DNA of 64,000 nt from contig DF237265.1 in NCBI GenBank assembly GCA_000708835.1, positions 39,986 through 103,985 on the forward strand, given 5' to 3'. Positions 9,201 to 21,500 of the stretch are shown one piece after another (position 1 is the first letter of the stretch; each line of letters begins with the position of its first letter). Origin of the DNA: Klebsormidium nitens (taxonomy: Eukaryota; Plantae; Klebsormidiophyceae). The notes below the pieces were generated by a model. The model made no database searches. It had not been told where the DNA came from and was given only the letters and a program-made list of their open reading frames with translations. The position numbers were made by a program, and so were the translations under genes.

Positions 9201-12200
9201 CTGCACTGCTGTCGTCCTCCAAGCTGAAACGTTGTTGCGAAAAGTTCGAGAGCGGCTTCCTTGAGGAATCCGGCAGATACTCGACTTCAATCAGTAGAAC
9301 TCAGAAGTACCATGCCCTCTGCAACACTACGGATAGAAATAGCATCATTCTTGATGTCTCCATTGCTGATTGAAAACGTGAGCCCTTTGTCAGCGGAATA
9401 AGATGCACATCACTCACAGACATGCCGGCCTCTCACCAGGGAGGTTCAACAAAACCGATTCATTGCCTCTCTTGTGCAGCTAACTGAAAGAAGTGGAGGT
9501 ACGTACCTGGCTGCCAGGATAGCAATGATGGCAAAGAAGGTGAAGCTGACGTGTGTCCAGCTCTGCTCCGTGTTGAAGATGGCCACGCCCATGTAGATGA
9601 AGCTGGATACAGGGAGGCGCAAAAAGCTCAGCCGAAACTTGCAGCCGATATGATATGAGAGAAGAGACTGTCAGAACTCAGGTTAATCTGAGAATTTGAA
9701 GACACTGGCATATGCGGGTATGGAAGAGCTTCCCAGAAGTCTTCAAGTCGAACCTCATAGAAGGAAGTTCCTTCTTCCGTACGAAGATACGCATTCATAA
9801 CGCACACACGCTGACAGACGTACAATTTCTATCATAGAGCGGAATCTCTAGAGTACGCAAGGAAAAAGGAAAGCTGTTGCACTTTTAGCAGGGGCGGGAC
9901 TCACACAAAGGTCTCGGCGAGGGTGGCAATCAGGCGGAAGAACTGTGTGACGTTCTCCTGGGCCTTGTCAGAAAGATTGGGAAGAGCGTAGTGCTTCATC
10001 AGCTGCAACAAAAGGAGATTGACGTCAGCACGGCCGCTACAGGAAAGCCACCCCGGCGAGTCAACGAACGTTTCTTTCGATAGGACAACGTTCGTCCCTC
10101 GCATCAGATGTGAAGTATCTTCTAGACCCGCTACTACGCTCGAATGCACGCTCATAGGCATATTGGGACAGCTTCTTCATCAACCACTGCGACTCTAGGT
10201 GCTACACGCAGAGAGCACAGGACACCAGTGGGTGGACCAGATGCAGACCCAATCAATCAGTCGCCATGCACGGGTCTCGAAACAGCTGACAACGGGGCGC
10301 CGAATCTGACTGATTGATCGTACGCACCACTCCGTTGAAGAGGATCGCGACGATCCCGGACAAGCTGAGGCCGTCGGCCATCATGTAGGCGCAGTACGGG
10401 AACAGGATCACCAGGCACGACTCCAAGTTGTGCAGGCTGCGACAATGGGGAGGGCCAGTCAAACTTTAGTCAGACTTCTTATGGCAGCAGTTCGCAACGC
10501 CCTATTGAAAACGGTCTCTTGGTTGTGCCAGTAGCTAGAGTGCGCCCTTACAGTGCCGTTTCATCGATTGCCACGAAACCCTTCTCCGTAGGATAGCAAC
10601 TACGATCACCTTCAAACGGCCAGACAATGAGGACGTGCTGTCAAGAGTAAATGGGGTTAATCTTGAGCGAAGATGCACATGCTTGAGAAAATAAGCGGCT
10701 GTGGCAGGGGGCACCTACTTGTTCACCGCCAACCCAGCGTACTTGAACAGCAGCGCGCAGGCCAACGCAACTACGGTACCTGTACAACCAGACGGAACGG
10801 GACTTCTTAGCAGTTAATGGAGGAAACGGCTTGGAATCATACCCAAAGAGATGCCAGCGGAAATCACAAGGAAGCTGCCGGAGAGGAGACAACTAAATCT
10901 TGGTTGGATCGATCACGGGATGTTTGAGCCAAGACGCAGCACGATCGAGCTTGCCTAGAAACTTTGATACTGATTCGACGGACAGAGCCACCGTCTTCCA
11001 AGTAATACTTCCAAGAGATGAAGGGGAGGTGGTTTTAATGACGACTTTCTGCCAAGACGGATTTCAGAACTTTCCAACCGAGGACGATGTCTAGCCTGCT
11101 TCAAATGCGCCGTTAGTAAACCCCTGCCCGCTTCCTTCGACTCACCAATCGCTAGCGAGCCCATGAGGATGGTCAGGAAGACCACGGCGGGGTCGTAAAT
11201 GTTGCGATGCTGCTCGGGGTTTGCTACGACCGAAACAAGCGTCCTACAAGGATACGGAGACGGGCGGGTTGGACATCGACGCGTCTTGGGGGTTAGTGCC
11301 GCCACTCACCTATGGCTAGGGAGCCCACCAGAATAATGAGGAAGAAAACAATGGGGTCCCTCAGATTAAGCTGGTCAAAGCCGGTGGCCTGAAACGAGAG
11401 CAACGTCCTGCACACACGCCCAGACGACGGCTGCTCCGGTGAACGCACCGCTGAGCGAAGGGACGGTGACTTGCAAGCGTTGAGTACTTGATAGTTCACC
11501 AGAACACCTGAATGTTTTCAAAACGTTAGGACAGACGTAGACGTATGACTATTTGAGCATCGTATGAAGAGCCTCGAATGGTGTTGCTGAACTTCGACCA
11601 AGATTCAGTGTTCCGGAATTCTTAGCTGCGACCAGAGAAATCGTTCGGCTCCAGTTCGTCTGCTGAATTCGATTCGTTAGTGCTTGACAGTGGGGCCAAC
11701 TTGCTTGGAGCAGTCCAACAAGGGACCAGGGCCACTCTCCTGGCATGTTTGAAACACGTGTAAAGTTCGAAAAGAAGAGCGCTCACCTGTACAGAACGAT
11801 GGCCACAGCATCGTTCAAGATGGACTCTCCAAACACAAGGGCATAAAGGTTGACGTCCCCTCCCAGCTCCTGCAAAAACGATGGATATCTTCAAGGCTGG
11901 AATGCCACCTGCAATCTTTGAAAACGGACTGCGCAGCGCGACAGGCGCTGCCAAATGTTATGCAGGCTTTCGAAACTTCCTGAGCCTCAAGATGAAGAGA
12001 AGGACTGATCGAAAAGTTTTCAAGATGAGTTGTTCTGGAATGAGTCATTTGAATCCACATTCACTGGACGTGAAAGCCACCTGGCCGACTTAAAAGACTC
12101 CAGTCAATTGCAATGCCGTGTGTGCCACGATCACATCCCGCAGATTTCTGGAAGGAATTGTGCAGAATCCCCCCGAGGCGACGTCTGGGTTGAACAACTT

Positions 12201-14337
12201 TCCATGATCTGTGAAGGGTGCTACATGAGTGCTGCATATATGACTAATTTGGGAAACGACACACACAAAATCGTGACTTCGATCTGCTGCGGAGCAGTTC
12301 CGGGCGCCCGGCTTCTCACCTGGAAAATTGCCAGGACCGTCACTGGGTCTGTCGCCGAAATGAGCGCCCCAAAGATAAGGCACTCCACAAAGGGCAGCTG
12401 ATAACTCAGCCAAAGGAAGCCCACCACATACCTGCACAATAGTTGTGAGGCTTAAGTGGGAGATTTTCCAAGGACAAAATCTGCCCTTTTAAAAAAATCT
12501 GATCAAATAGGAATGGCATCACTCGAACCTCAGCTCCTTCCGAGTTCACCTTATTGACCAATGATTGGACCCGCAGGCGTGGCGAACAGGTGGAGACCTT
12601 AAAGACATGGTTTGCGGGGATTACAACTAGCAAGTACTGTCTTGCGTAGCAATGACGGCAGCCGAAAAGTGACCGTTTGAAGAGTAGATGGCCAGAATGG
12701 GGCTCAATGGGTAGCTTGGGGACTCACATGATCACGCCGGTCACAATGGCTGCTATGAAGGTCCCCACGAATGCGAAGAGGGCGATGGCCCCAAAGTTTT
12801 CAAAGAAGGATTTCTGCAGAGAACGGGAATTTTCAGGTCTGCATTCTGCGGGGTGCTCTCAAAATCGGCGATCAGTGAACCTGAATGAGCAAGCATAAAT
12901 GCATCGACAATTCTGGTGATAGGGGACCCCCCTATTGGCCGCAAATTTCCCTGAGACGAATCCTTGCCCACAGGCAGAGAAAAGATGGCCACTTTGGAGT
13001 TGCAATTCACATACAATTTCCAGTCATATTGATCGATTCCTGCATCCAACATGTGAGTCTGACGGCTCATTGTCTTGGCAAGCTCACCACTTGAAGACTG
13101 AACCCGGACTCAAATATGATGGGAGGAAGCAGGAAGAGCAGAAAGAACTCGTTGCTGAAGTTGAGCCACCGCCTGCAGATCACAGAATTCGCCACGCAAT
13201 GAAGCTCATTTCTACAACCTCATTACAAACCTCTCTGATCGAGTCAGGAGTAGCTCTCCTTGCTGGAATTGGTGAGCAGTACTGGGTCCAGACTAAATGC
13301 CTGGCTGTTGCATATCATTGAACAATAAGAAAATCATCGAATCTTCGGAGGCATGAAGAAGAGCTGCACATCGTTGAAGTGTCACATCACCTGAAAGCTT
13401 CCTCTGTGTTGAAAATCCTTGACAGAAGGCCAACCACCACCCCTGCACTTGCATAGTGCCAAGAGTGAGCCCATAATGCATCAGCCCGTACAGAGGTCAC
13501 TGCAAGATCTGATCTCTAACGATGTGAAGTTTCACGCCCCTCACCAAGCAGCAGCTCCGTTCTGTAAGCACTGCCCCTGTAAACTGCCCTTCAACAACAT
13601 GATTAGCCACTTGAGCATATTCTGTAGCCTTGTTGTTAGTGTGTGCAAACGGGACTGAATCAGAAGGGGGGGGATGTGAGAAAACCCTAATATGCTCGTT
13701 GTGCTCTGACGCCCCTGGCCAGCCTCATATATGCATGCATGTTAAACCATCTGATGCAGATTTTCACAGCGGGGTGGATAGACTGAGGTTTATGAAAACC
13801 GACTTGGGCAGACGGAAGAAGACGGGCATCCCAAAGCAAGAGCTCTAAGGATAGTATTTGTCCCATTCAGTGGTTTGTAGGATGGACGAAGTTGAACGAA
13901 ATCAATGGTGGAGTTTTGGATCTTTAGCCGGCATTTGCTTGGTGCTCCAAATTGCTACAGGTGTGTTCTTAGCCATGCATTACACCCCTCATGTAGACCT
14001 CGCATTTTTAAGCGTTGAGCATATTATGCGTGATGTCACTGGAGGAGTGTGACAATGTAATTGCTACCAGGAAAGCTCATGTTTAGATTGTGCCTCATAG
14101 GATGAACACATACTCACCCATCAAGAGCGCTGATCCTGCTTCATGCATCCAGTATATCTTTCTCCTCCGCAAAATGTGGCCACATACAAACGCTGATCCT
14201 AAGAGAACTAACTGCAGGAGGATTGACAAACTTGCAAACATTTCCGGGTTTGCCGACTTTGCCACCAGATCTTGATGCGTCTGATCTATTGGGGACAGAG
14301 GGCTGGGTACAGGAGTAGGAGAGTTATTGACCTCCAT
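6272..14337 (-). CDS. NHX5/6: Endosomal (class II, NHX5/NHX6-type) Na+,K+/H+ antiporter, 17 exons, 579 aa from ATG 14337 (589 aa if in-frame ATG 14367 is used)
   Basis: Exons on the minus strand: 14118-14337, 13391-13442, 13088-13172, 12728-12813, 12320-12431, 11787-11869, [11310-11407 or 11146-11243], 10719-10779, 10328-10436, 9905-10002, 9507-9602, 9013-9110, 8591-8700, 8124-8207, 7406-7524, 6912-7009, 6272-6402. All are GT-AG, phases close, and the total is 1740 nt with one copy of exon 7. Motifs [36 protein letters not shown], and C-terminal [10 protein letters not shown]. Confidence 0.96.
11146..11243 (-). CDS. NHX5/6: NHX alternative exon 7b (98 nt), (R)[32 protein letters not shown](G)
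   Basis: Flanked by ccttgtag acceptor and gtgagt donor. Same length and phases as 7a, with 17/32 identical residues. Confidence 0.85.
11310..11407 (-). CDS. NHX5/6: NHX alternative exon 7a (98 nt), (R)[32 protein letters not shown](G)
   Basis: Flanked by tgtgcag acceptor and gtgagt donor. Enters in phase 2 and exits in phase 1, exactly as needed between exons 6 and 8. Confidence 0.85.
13906..14046 (+). pseudogene. cob: Nuclear insertion of a mitochondrial cytochrome b fragment (NUMT), 47 codons, inside NHX intron 1 and antisense to NHX
   Basis: Translates to [47 protein letters not shown], the N-terminal helix A/ab region of plant-type mitochondrial Cob. Similarity stops abruptly on both sides. 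Confidence 0.9.
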
Positions 14338-15564
14338 CTTAGAAAAAGGAAATGTAATGCCTTCCATTGATTTTGTTCAGTCCCTCTACAAGTTGTGGCA
14401 GAACCCTTTCAATTGATCAAGTAACAAACTGAACGTCTATCAACAGCAGCTTCCCCTTCTCTGGTCCTCAAGCGCGCACCCACATCGAGCTGCAACCATA
14501 CCTCGAGCAATTTCTATTCGTAGTATCTTATCTTCATGGAGGGGAGTATTATCCTACAATTTGAACGAGGGCTGGTTTTTTCTAGTGCTCAAGGAGTACC
14601 AAACAGCGCCGCCATAAGAAAGTGCCACTTGCGCACCACGCTTCACAGATATTGATCGGAGCAGCAGAGGAACTCCCTCACAATCTGCCTCAAAGAGTCT
14701 CCCCTGTCAAGTTACAGAACCTGGGGGACCCGGGGTACACACATCGACCTCAGATATAATATTGGTCCCCCCCCCTGCCTAAATGCCTGGTCCAGGGCCT
14801 TCCGGCACTAAAATCAGTACCCCCTGCTCGGATGAGATGCGTTCCTGCAGCAGAGGCTTCATGCAGTATCCGGGGTCCGACCAAGGTTTTCGTCCCAGAC
14901 TATGGTGCCAGATGTCACAAACAGAGAGATTCTAGCAAACCCTGGCCCAGTCCCTTGCCCGCCAGAGGAAATTTGAATTTGACAGAGTATCATTTTGGTC
15001 TTTGTGGAATATGGACACCCTGCTTGTGTTCCTCTGAAGGTTGGGTTTGCAGCATTGCTGGTTCCGAAGTCGGTTAGCAAAAATTGCCCATATCAGGTTA
15101 TATCCATATAAGCCTCCTTGGACTTCCTTTTAAATAGCTGCAAAAGAACTGCCAACATACTGTGAATGGATAAAGTGTGGCCCATATTAGCTTTGGCATA
15201 CACGACTTTGAGGGCCCTTATAAGGAAGGGTCCAAGTGCTTATGCCGCGTGAGCCCTGCCCGCGAGCTGCGCAAAATGTCTCCCTCTCAAATCTTCGCTC
15301 ATCGCTGGCGCTTTCGCCCTTTCGGTGCTTGCGAAAGCGCCCTTCCGAGTCCTGATCAGAGGCTAGGTGATCATGGCTGCCGAAGTTGTCCTTGCAGCTG
15401 CTTGCAGCAACATGATGTCTTTCAGGATTGATTGATAGGGAAGGGGCAAGGGGCACCTCGTGTGTTGAAAGAAACTTTCACCAGATTGAGTTCATTGAAG
15501 TAATACAGTCGCTAGACATCGTTAGAAGCAGTCCACGAGACAAAGTGACAGCCAATTGGAAGCC
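14338..15564. promoter_or_regulatory. Divergent (head-to-head) promoter/5' UTR region of NHX and MOR1
   Basis: Start codons point away from each other about 1.2 kb apart. No TSS data; inferred from geometry only. Confidence 0.55.
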
Positions 15565-18500
15565 ATGGCTGAGAACGAGGAAGCAATTCTGAAGGATGCG
15601 AAGAAACTTCCCCTTGAAGATCGACTTGCGCACAAGCACTGGAAAGCGAGAGTGCAAGCACTTGAAGACATAGCTGTGACCTGTGACAAGGCCACAGATC
15701 CCAAGGATCCGAAGCTGCGGGAATATGGTATGTCAATTCTGACACAAGCTTCCAGAGTCTGTTGCCAACAAGAAGCTTTGACACTGGTCTCTGATTTCCA
15801 ATGATCGGAAGTAACAAGCGACTCGGCTAAGGCCATTGACATTCGCACTCCCTTCCCAGCTAAAGTTGAGGATTAGATGTAGGAAAGCTGTATAACCTTA
15901 TCGCCGAGGTCCCATAGCATACTGAGCTGCCCGCCAAATGCAGGTTGTCGTGAGCATGCTTTGATCCATTTGGACAGGTTGTGGGCAGTGAAAGCATGAA
16001 TGGTGGTTGGCAATCGGTAGATATTTCAGGCGAGCAGAGTAGTTCATGTGTCCAGCATACTTACCTTCTCTGCACTGCTTAACGTTCATAAGCTCCAGAG
16101 CATTGGCCTTCTAAGCAAGGCTTAGCGATGTGTTTAAAGACAACCCTAATTCTCGTGCTTCCATGTCTATGGGCCGCAGGCTGCACTTTTGTGCGGTGCA
16201 TTCAATTAGGTGGTGCAGAGCATCCTCAATCACTGCCAGGTTATCAAAGGCCGTTCATTTATCAAAAACCCTTGAAAATAACGAGCATTTACTTCTTCCA
16301 TTGCTCTCATACATAAGCCCTGCACACTAAACTTATTTTGTCAGAGCGCATTTTGGGAATTCAGTCTCTTTTGGACCCTCCTTCTTTCAGGGCCTCTCTT
16401 CAAGAAGGCATTGTCCGACTCAAACGCTGCGGCTCAGGAGAAGGCGCTTGATGCACTCATCGCCTTTTTGAAGCGCACAGACACAGAGTCAGGAAGGCAA
16501 GTATGCCATTCGAACCTGTTAATTGGTTGCCTTGCATAAGTTGGATTGCCTTGGAGCACGATGTGAAGTGCTGAGCCATAGTGGCAGCTCAGGCGTGCCA
16601 CGACAATTGTGCATCTGCCAACAAGAGAGTCACCATCACAACTATCATGTTCCTCACTCTGCTGAAGTGGTCCAGGTATGCGAGAGAAGTGAACACAGTC
16701 CTGGTCTCAAAGTGCTTCACTGGTCGGCCGAAGACCATAGCAAAAGCCACGGAGGCTATTGAGCTTTTTGTGGAACTTGAGGCGTCAGAAGCTGTGGTGG
16801 TGAGCAAACTCTTCGATCTTCCACAGATGAAAAGCTGGTTATAATGCCAGCATGCACACCCAAGACTCTGATCTCCCCTGAGTGAGGGTTGCTTTTTTCA
16901 CGCCATTGGCTGTCAGGGTGTCCTACCATTTGACTACGTTGAGATACTGGAACCAGTATAGATAAGAGCAGAGTTGTCGTGGCCTGCAACTCTTTGGAAA
17001 GCCGCCTGACCAGTGCACTGAAGATAGAAAGGGGGTTTGACAGCTGCCGTGAAACCCTCTCTTTCAGGAAGTGCTTATCAAGGGCTTCGACAACAAGCTT
17101 GCGAAGGTCATCATCCCAGTGATTGACGCACTTTTCAGCATCATCAGGTAACCCCAGTTTGCACCCCTTTCGATGCCTAACCACTTTCACCAAAGCATAG
17201 ACTTTCATGCAAGTATGTTCTGGGTCTGGCAAATCATGGCTATTTAGCCATCATTGCAGTTGTGATGCTGGCCTCATCGCGATTTCATGCAGCACTGCAA
17301 AGTACAGCCTGTGTTGAAACTGGACAACATGCTTGTGCAGCCAATTTGGTACGAAAGTTGTGAACGTGCGGCCGATACTGAGCAAGGATGCCAAGACGGA
17401 CAAGCTGTACTTCCACTCGGACCAGAAGGTTCGAGCGGCTGCCAAGGGGCTCACCAAGGAGCTGGCGAGGTGGATTGGAGTGGGCCCTGTCAACAACGCC
17501 CTGGTTGACAAGATGCCCGATGTCATGGTAGGTCCACTCTGGGGCAAACAGATTGACCTCCCACAATTCCTGTATCCCTGCATCGCTCATTACTGCACTT
17601 TTTGGCTTCTAAAGTTAGCATCAGAAGCTCCTGTGAATCTCTCTGGAAAATCAACTCACTGCGGTTTGAAAGATCTGTTCGGTGCAAGTGTCTGGGATAT
17701 GTTGGACCTTGTGTAAAGCTCGTCCACACCGGTGTCTGCCTGTGTATCGCAGAAAAAGGAGTTGGAGGCAGAGCTGGCAGAGCTTCCAGCCGGAGCGGCG
17801 GCGCCAACGAGAAGGATACGGTCAGATCATACTTCCTGTTCCCTAGGTTCCACTCACCAGTCAAAAGCTGTCAAAAAGGATAAGCAGCGGCTTCGGCTTC
17901 TTTGTACCGGGCGGGCAAGTTGTTTTGGCTTTGGCTGTCCACTACTCCAGCACACTATGGATCCATAGCCAGAAATGAAAGCTGCTAGGATATGAGATCA
18001 TTGGCTCCTGGGTCCCTTGTATGAGAGAAGGCCTGTTCAGCGCTCATCTCGAAGCACCAAATTCGGCCGGTAAAATATCATCCTGGATGTCTTAGACGGC
18101 GAGCTTGTATATGCAGTTCGGAGCAGGACAAGCCCGAGGAAGTAATTGAGGGGCCGGCACCTGGTGCAGCAGCAGATGGCGCCGCCGAAGAAACCAAGGG
18201 TATGGGCATACGAATTCCCAAATTCTGATGACACGAAGTTGGTAGCGCCTCCTACAAAGTGAATCGTTTCTGAAGAACACTGCAAGTTGGTCAATGGAAG
18301 TTATATAAGCAGTCAATGAAGGCAACTAGATGATGTGTCGAAAGGTGCACAAAGATGCAATTCTGTCTCCTTTCTGCAGCGGCGGTGCCAGACGAATGGG
18401 AATACATGGAGCCGTTTGACCTTCTGTCGACTTTGAAGAACGACTTCTGGCAAGGAGTGGTAAGTCTGCGTGTTGATGCCGTAGGTCTGAGTTGGGTCTG

Positions 18501-21500
18501 CACTACAATCCTTTCGGAGATGTTTTGGTAGACAACTTTGCTGAACGAAAAGGGAGCTGTGGATCTCAATGTATGCTGTACTCTCCCATCGTGCATACTG
18601 CCATGCAGGGATTCGAGCAGGGGCGTTTGCACCAGTCTCAACGACGTACAGACAATCTCATAAAGCCTGCCGATGGCTTGTTTCAGGTGGCAAAGAAGTG
18701 GTCTGACAAGAAGGACGTGATAGTCAAGCTGTCGAAGGAGGCGGAGGGAAAGAAGCTTGCCCCTGGGGACTACTCGGAGCTCACTCGGACTTTGAAGAAG
18801 GTGAGGGTCCCATTCACTCACAACGACTGCGAGCCTTTGCGGAAGTGCCGAAATGTGCCAGATGTCAACCTGCAATGCTCTTCACGACATGGATGTGGCA
18901 CTTTATGCAGCTTGCAGTAGCCGGAAAACAAGGGCGATGGTCTTTCAAAAGAGATGCGAGACATCATCATAAAGGGCGCGTGCGCCATAAAAGAGGTGTC
19001 TTTGTTGCCAGTTTCCATGTACGATGATTTCGCTGTCGTACTTTGCAGCTCATGACGGACTCAAATGTTAGTGTCACTACCGAGGCCATCACTGCTGCCG
19101 GTCATCTCGCCAAGGGTCTGCGGAAGGGATATACTGCTGGATCGAGGAATCTTCTGACAACGCTGCTGGTAAGATTTCAGTCTGCGGGACAAGTGTCTGG
19201 CTCCCGCTTCTTAGCCTCGTGCATCTGACACAAGGTTTGGGGGGGTGTTATTTAAGAAGAGGCAATGGCAAAAGCTCAAAACGTTCGCACTGTCATCCTC
19301 ATTGCGATGTCCCCTGACCAACCGACTCAGCGGGGATATTGAGCGGAGGACATTGTTCACGGGCCAACTCAACGCCCTGGCTATAAAAACATAGCTCTTG
19401 CAGAAGATGCTCAAACGTTGATTTAGGAGTTTTGACTCCGTTCCGACGTCGAACGCCCATACATTTGCCCTCGTGCCTGCAGGAGAAGTTCAAGGAAAAG
19501 AAAGCGCAAGTCGTGAAAGAGGCCCAGAGCACGCTGCAAATCATGTACACAGCGGGCTGTCTTGACATGGTGGAAATCCAGGCTGGTAAGTTCCGAGTCC
19601 TTGGCTGCTTCATCGAAAGTGCGAGGTGAAAGCTCTGTGACATGTAAGGCTTTCTATACGGACAGGTAAACTTCTTAGCGTCGTATTCTGATGTGTTTCC
19701 TATAAGCCCTACTGTTCCTGGTAATTGCAAATCCGGAAATGAGGACGGGCTGTGTGAAAATCGTCATATCGATTCTAAGCGCTCCTGTTCCGCAGGCTGT
19801 CAATCTGAACCGTAGCCTGCCGTTGTTGTTATCATTGTTGAGAGAGATAACAAACTTGTGATGCATGCGCAGAGGTCGAAGCTGCGCTGAAGCACAAAGT
19901 GCCGTCCGTCAAGTCGGAGACGCTGGCTTGGATCACTTTCTGCATCGACCAGAGTCCGAAGCCTGTCGTGATTGCCCTGCACAAGGCTGACATGACGACC
20001 AAGGTCGCAAACGTGAGGTCGAAAGCCCTGGTCTGATTCTGCCATCGCTTGCTTCTGTGTTGACGGTTGAATTCAACTCTTACTAGGTGACAGGTACATG
20101 ATTGTATTCTTCTATTGATCCCATAACAGAGCTCTTACTGGACCTGATTAACTTTGCCTTCCTTTGTGTATGCAGTCATTGGTGGACGGCACGGTCGAGG
20201 TTCGTGAGGCTGCGTTCCTCGCCCTTGCAGCAATAGCCAAGGTAGGTCGCCTGATTTTTGCGCCTCTTTCGTCGAAGTACTCCTCGGATGAGCCCATCCA
20301 GAATTCCCAGCCTTCTTGGTCCTCTCTTTACTCGCTCTTGCAAACTATGATTGGAGGATAGTCGTCTGGGCAGCCTGTTGTCCTATTCGTGTAGTACTGT
20401 ACACGATTGTGAGAGTTCGGCCTTCGAAATACTTCGTGTCATTCTTGTATAGAAACTGGGGATGGGCCCCCTCAACAAGATTGTGGACACGCTCGATGAG
20501 GTCAAGAAGAAGAAGCTGATGGACATTGTGGCGGCTGTCACAGGAACAGCGCCCGCCGCAAGTAAGCCAATCTGCTTCCCGGTCTCTATACCTCAGAAAA
20601 TTGTGTTCTCGTGATGACGGGCGTACATTGGCTTGAGCTAGGAGTTGCGGGCGGTGGAGAAGTCGCCAGCGTTCGTCTTTGACATTCTTAAAACAGGTAC
20701 TGACAAGGAGACGTGCATTTTCCAGCTGGCCCCGCGGCGCCCACGAGCAGTGGGTACGGGCAGACCTCCGGAAGCGCAGCGGTAGGCTCTACAGCAAACG
20801 TTTGCCATCCGCAGTAGTGTTGTTCTGCTCAGTCTTCAGTGGAAGCTGAAATTCACAAGACATCTGGCATGTGAAAGTGCATTCCAGAGCGAAATTTTCG
20901 TTAGGGATATGCGTGTAGCAGTGGTGCAAAAGCTTAGCTTTTTCGCGTTGTGATGCTCTTGTTGTCTCCCGTGGTGACAGGCACCCACAGCACGGATGAC
21001 AGCGGCAGGAGCTTTGAGCGGCAAGCGGCCAGCTCTGAAGCCTGTGAGTAATTCGCCTTTGAACGGCCTTCCATCTGGTATGGCTGGATGCTCTTTGCAC
21101 TCTCTTTCAGTCCACGCGTTCATCTCGGATCAAAGAGACCCCTCCCCGGTCTCACAATGCCCGTTGGTGTTTTGCACGTTGTGTGTATTTGCCTAACAAC
21201 CAGCTTTCTTGGAACGATTACGTTCAAAAACGAATTCATGTGCTTCCTCTCACACTGCCATTGAGCAGACGTCCCACCTCAGAAGATCGCGTCTTGCTTG
21301 ACCACGAGCTTCATTGGGCTTAAACATCGATTCGTCCAAGACTGAGCAACTGAAATGGACAAGGGCGTTGACACCCGTCTTTGTGCTTCCAATGCAGGTT
21401 GCCAAGAAGGTCAACACGGGCGGCCCTGCGACCAAGAAAGGCGAGGGCGCTGGGCCTGCCAAGAGCGCAGCACCGTCCGCAGCGGCTGAGGAAGAAGTTT

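Noticed and set aside
11549-11660. Possible third copy of NHX exon 7 (reads [12 protein letters not shown] on the minus strand)
   Set aside because: No AG acceptor in the required phase, no GSLAIG end or donor, and similarity is limited to about 6 residues.
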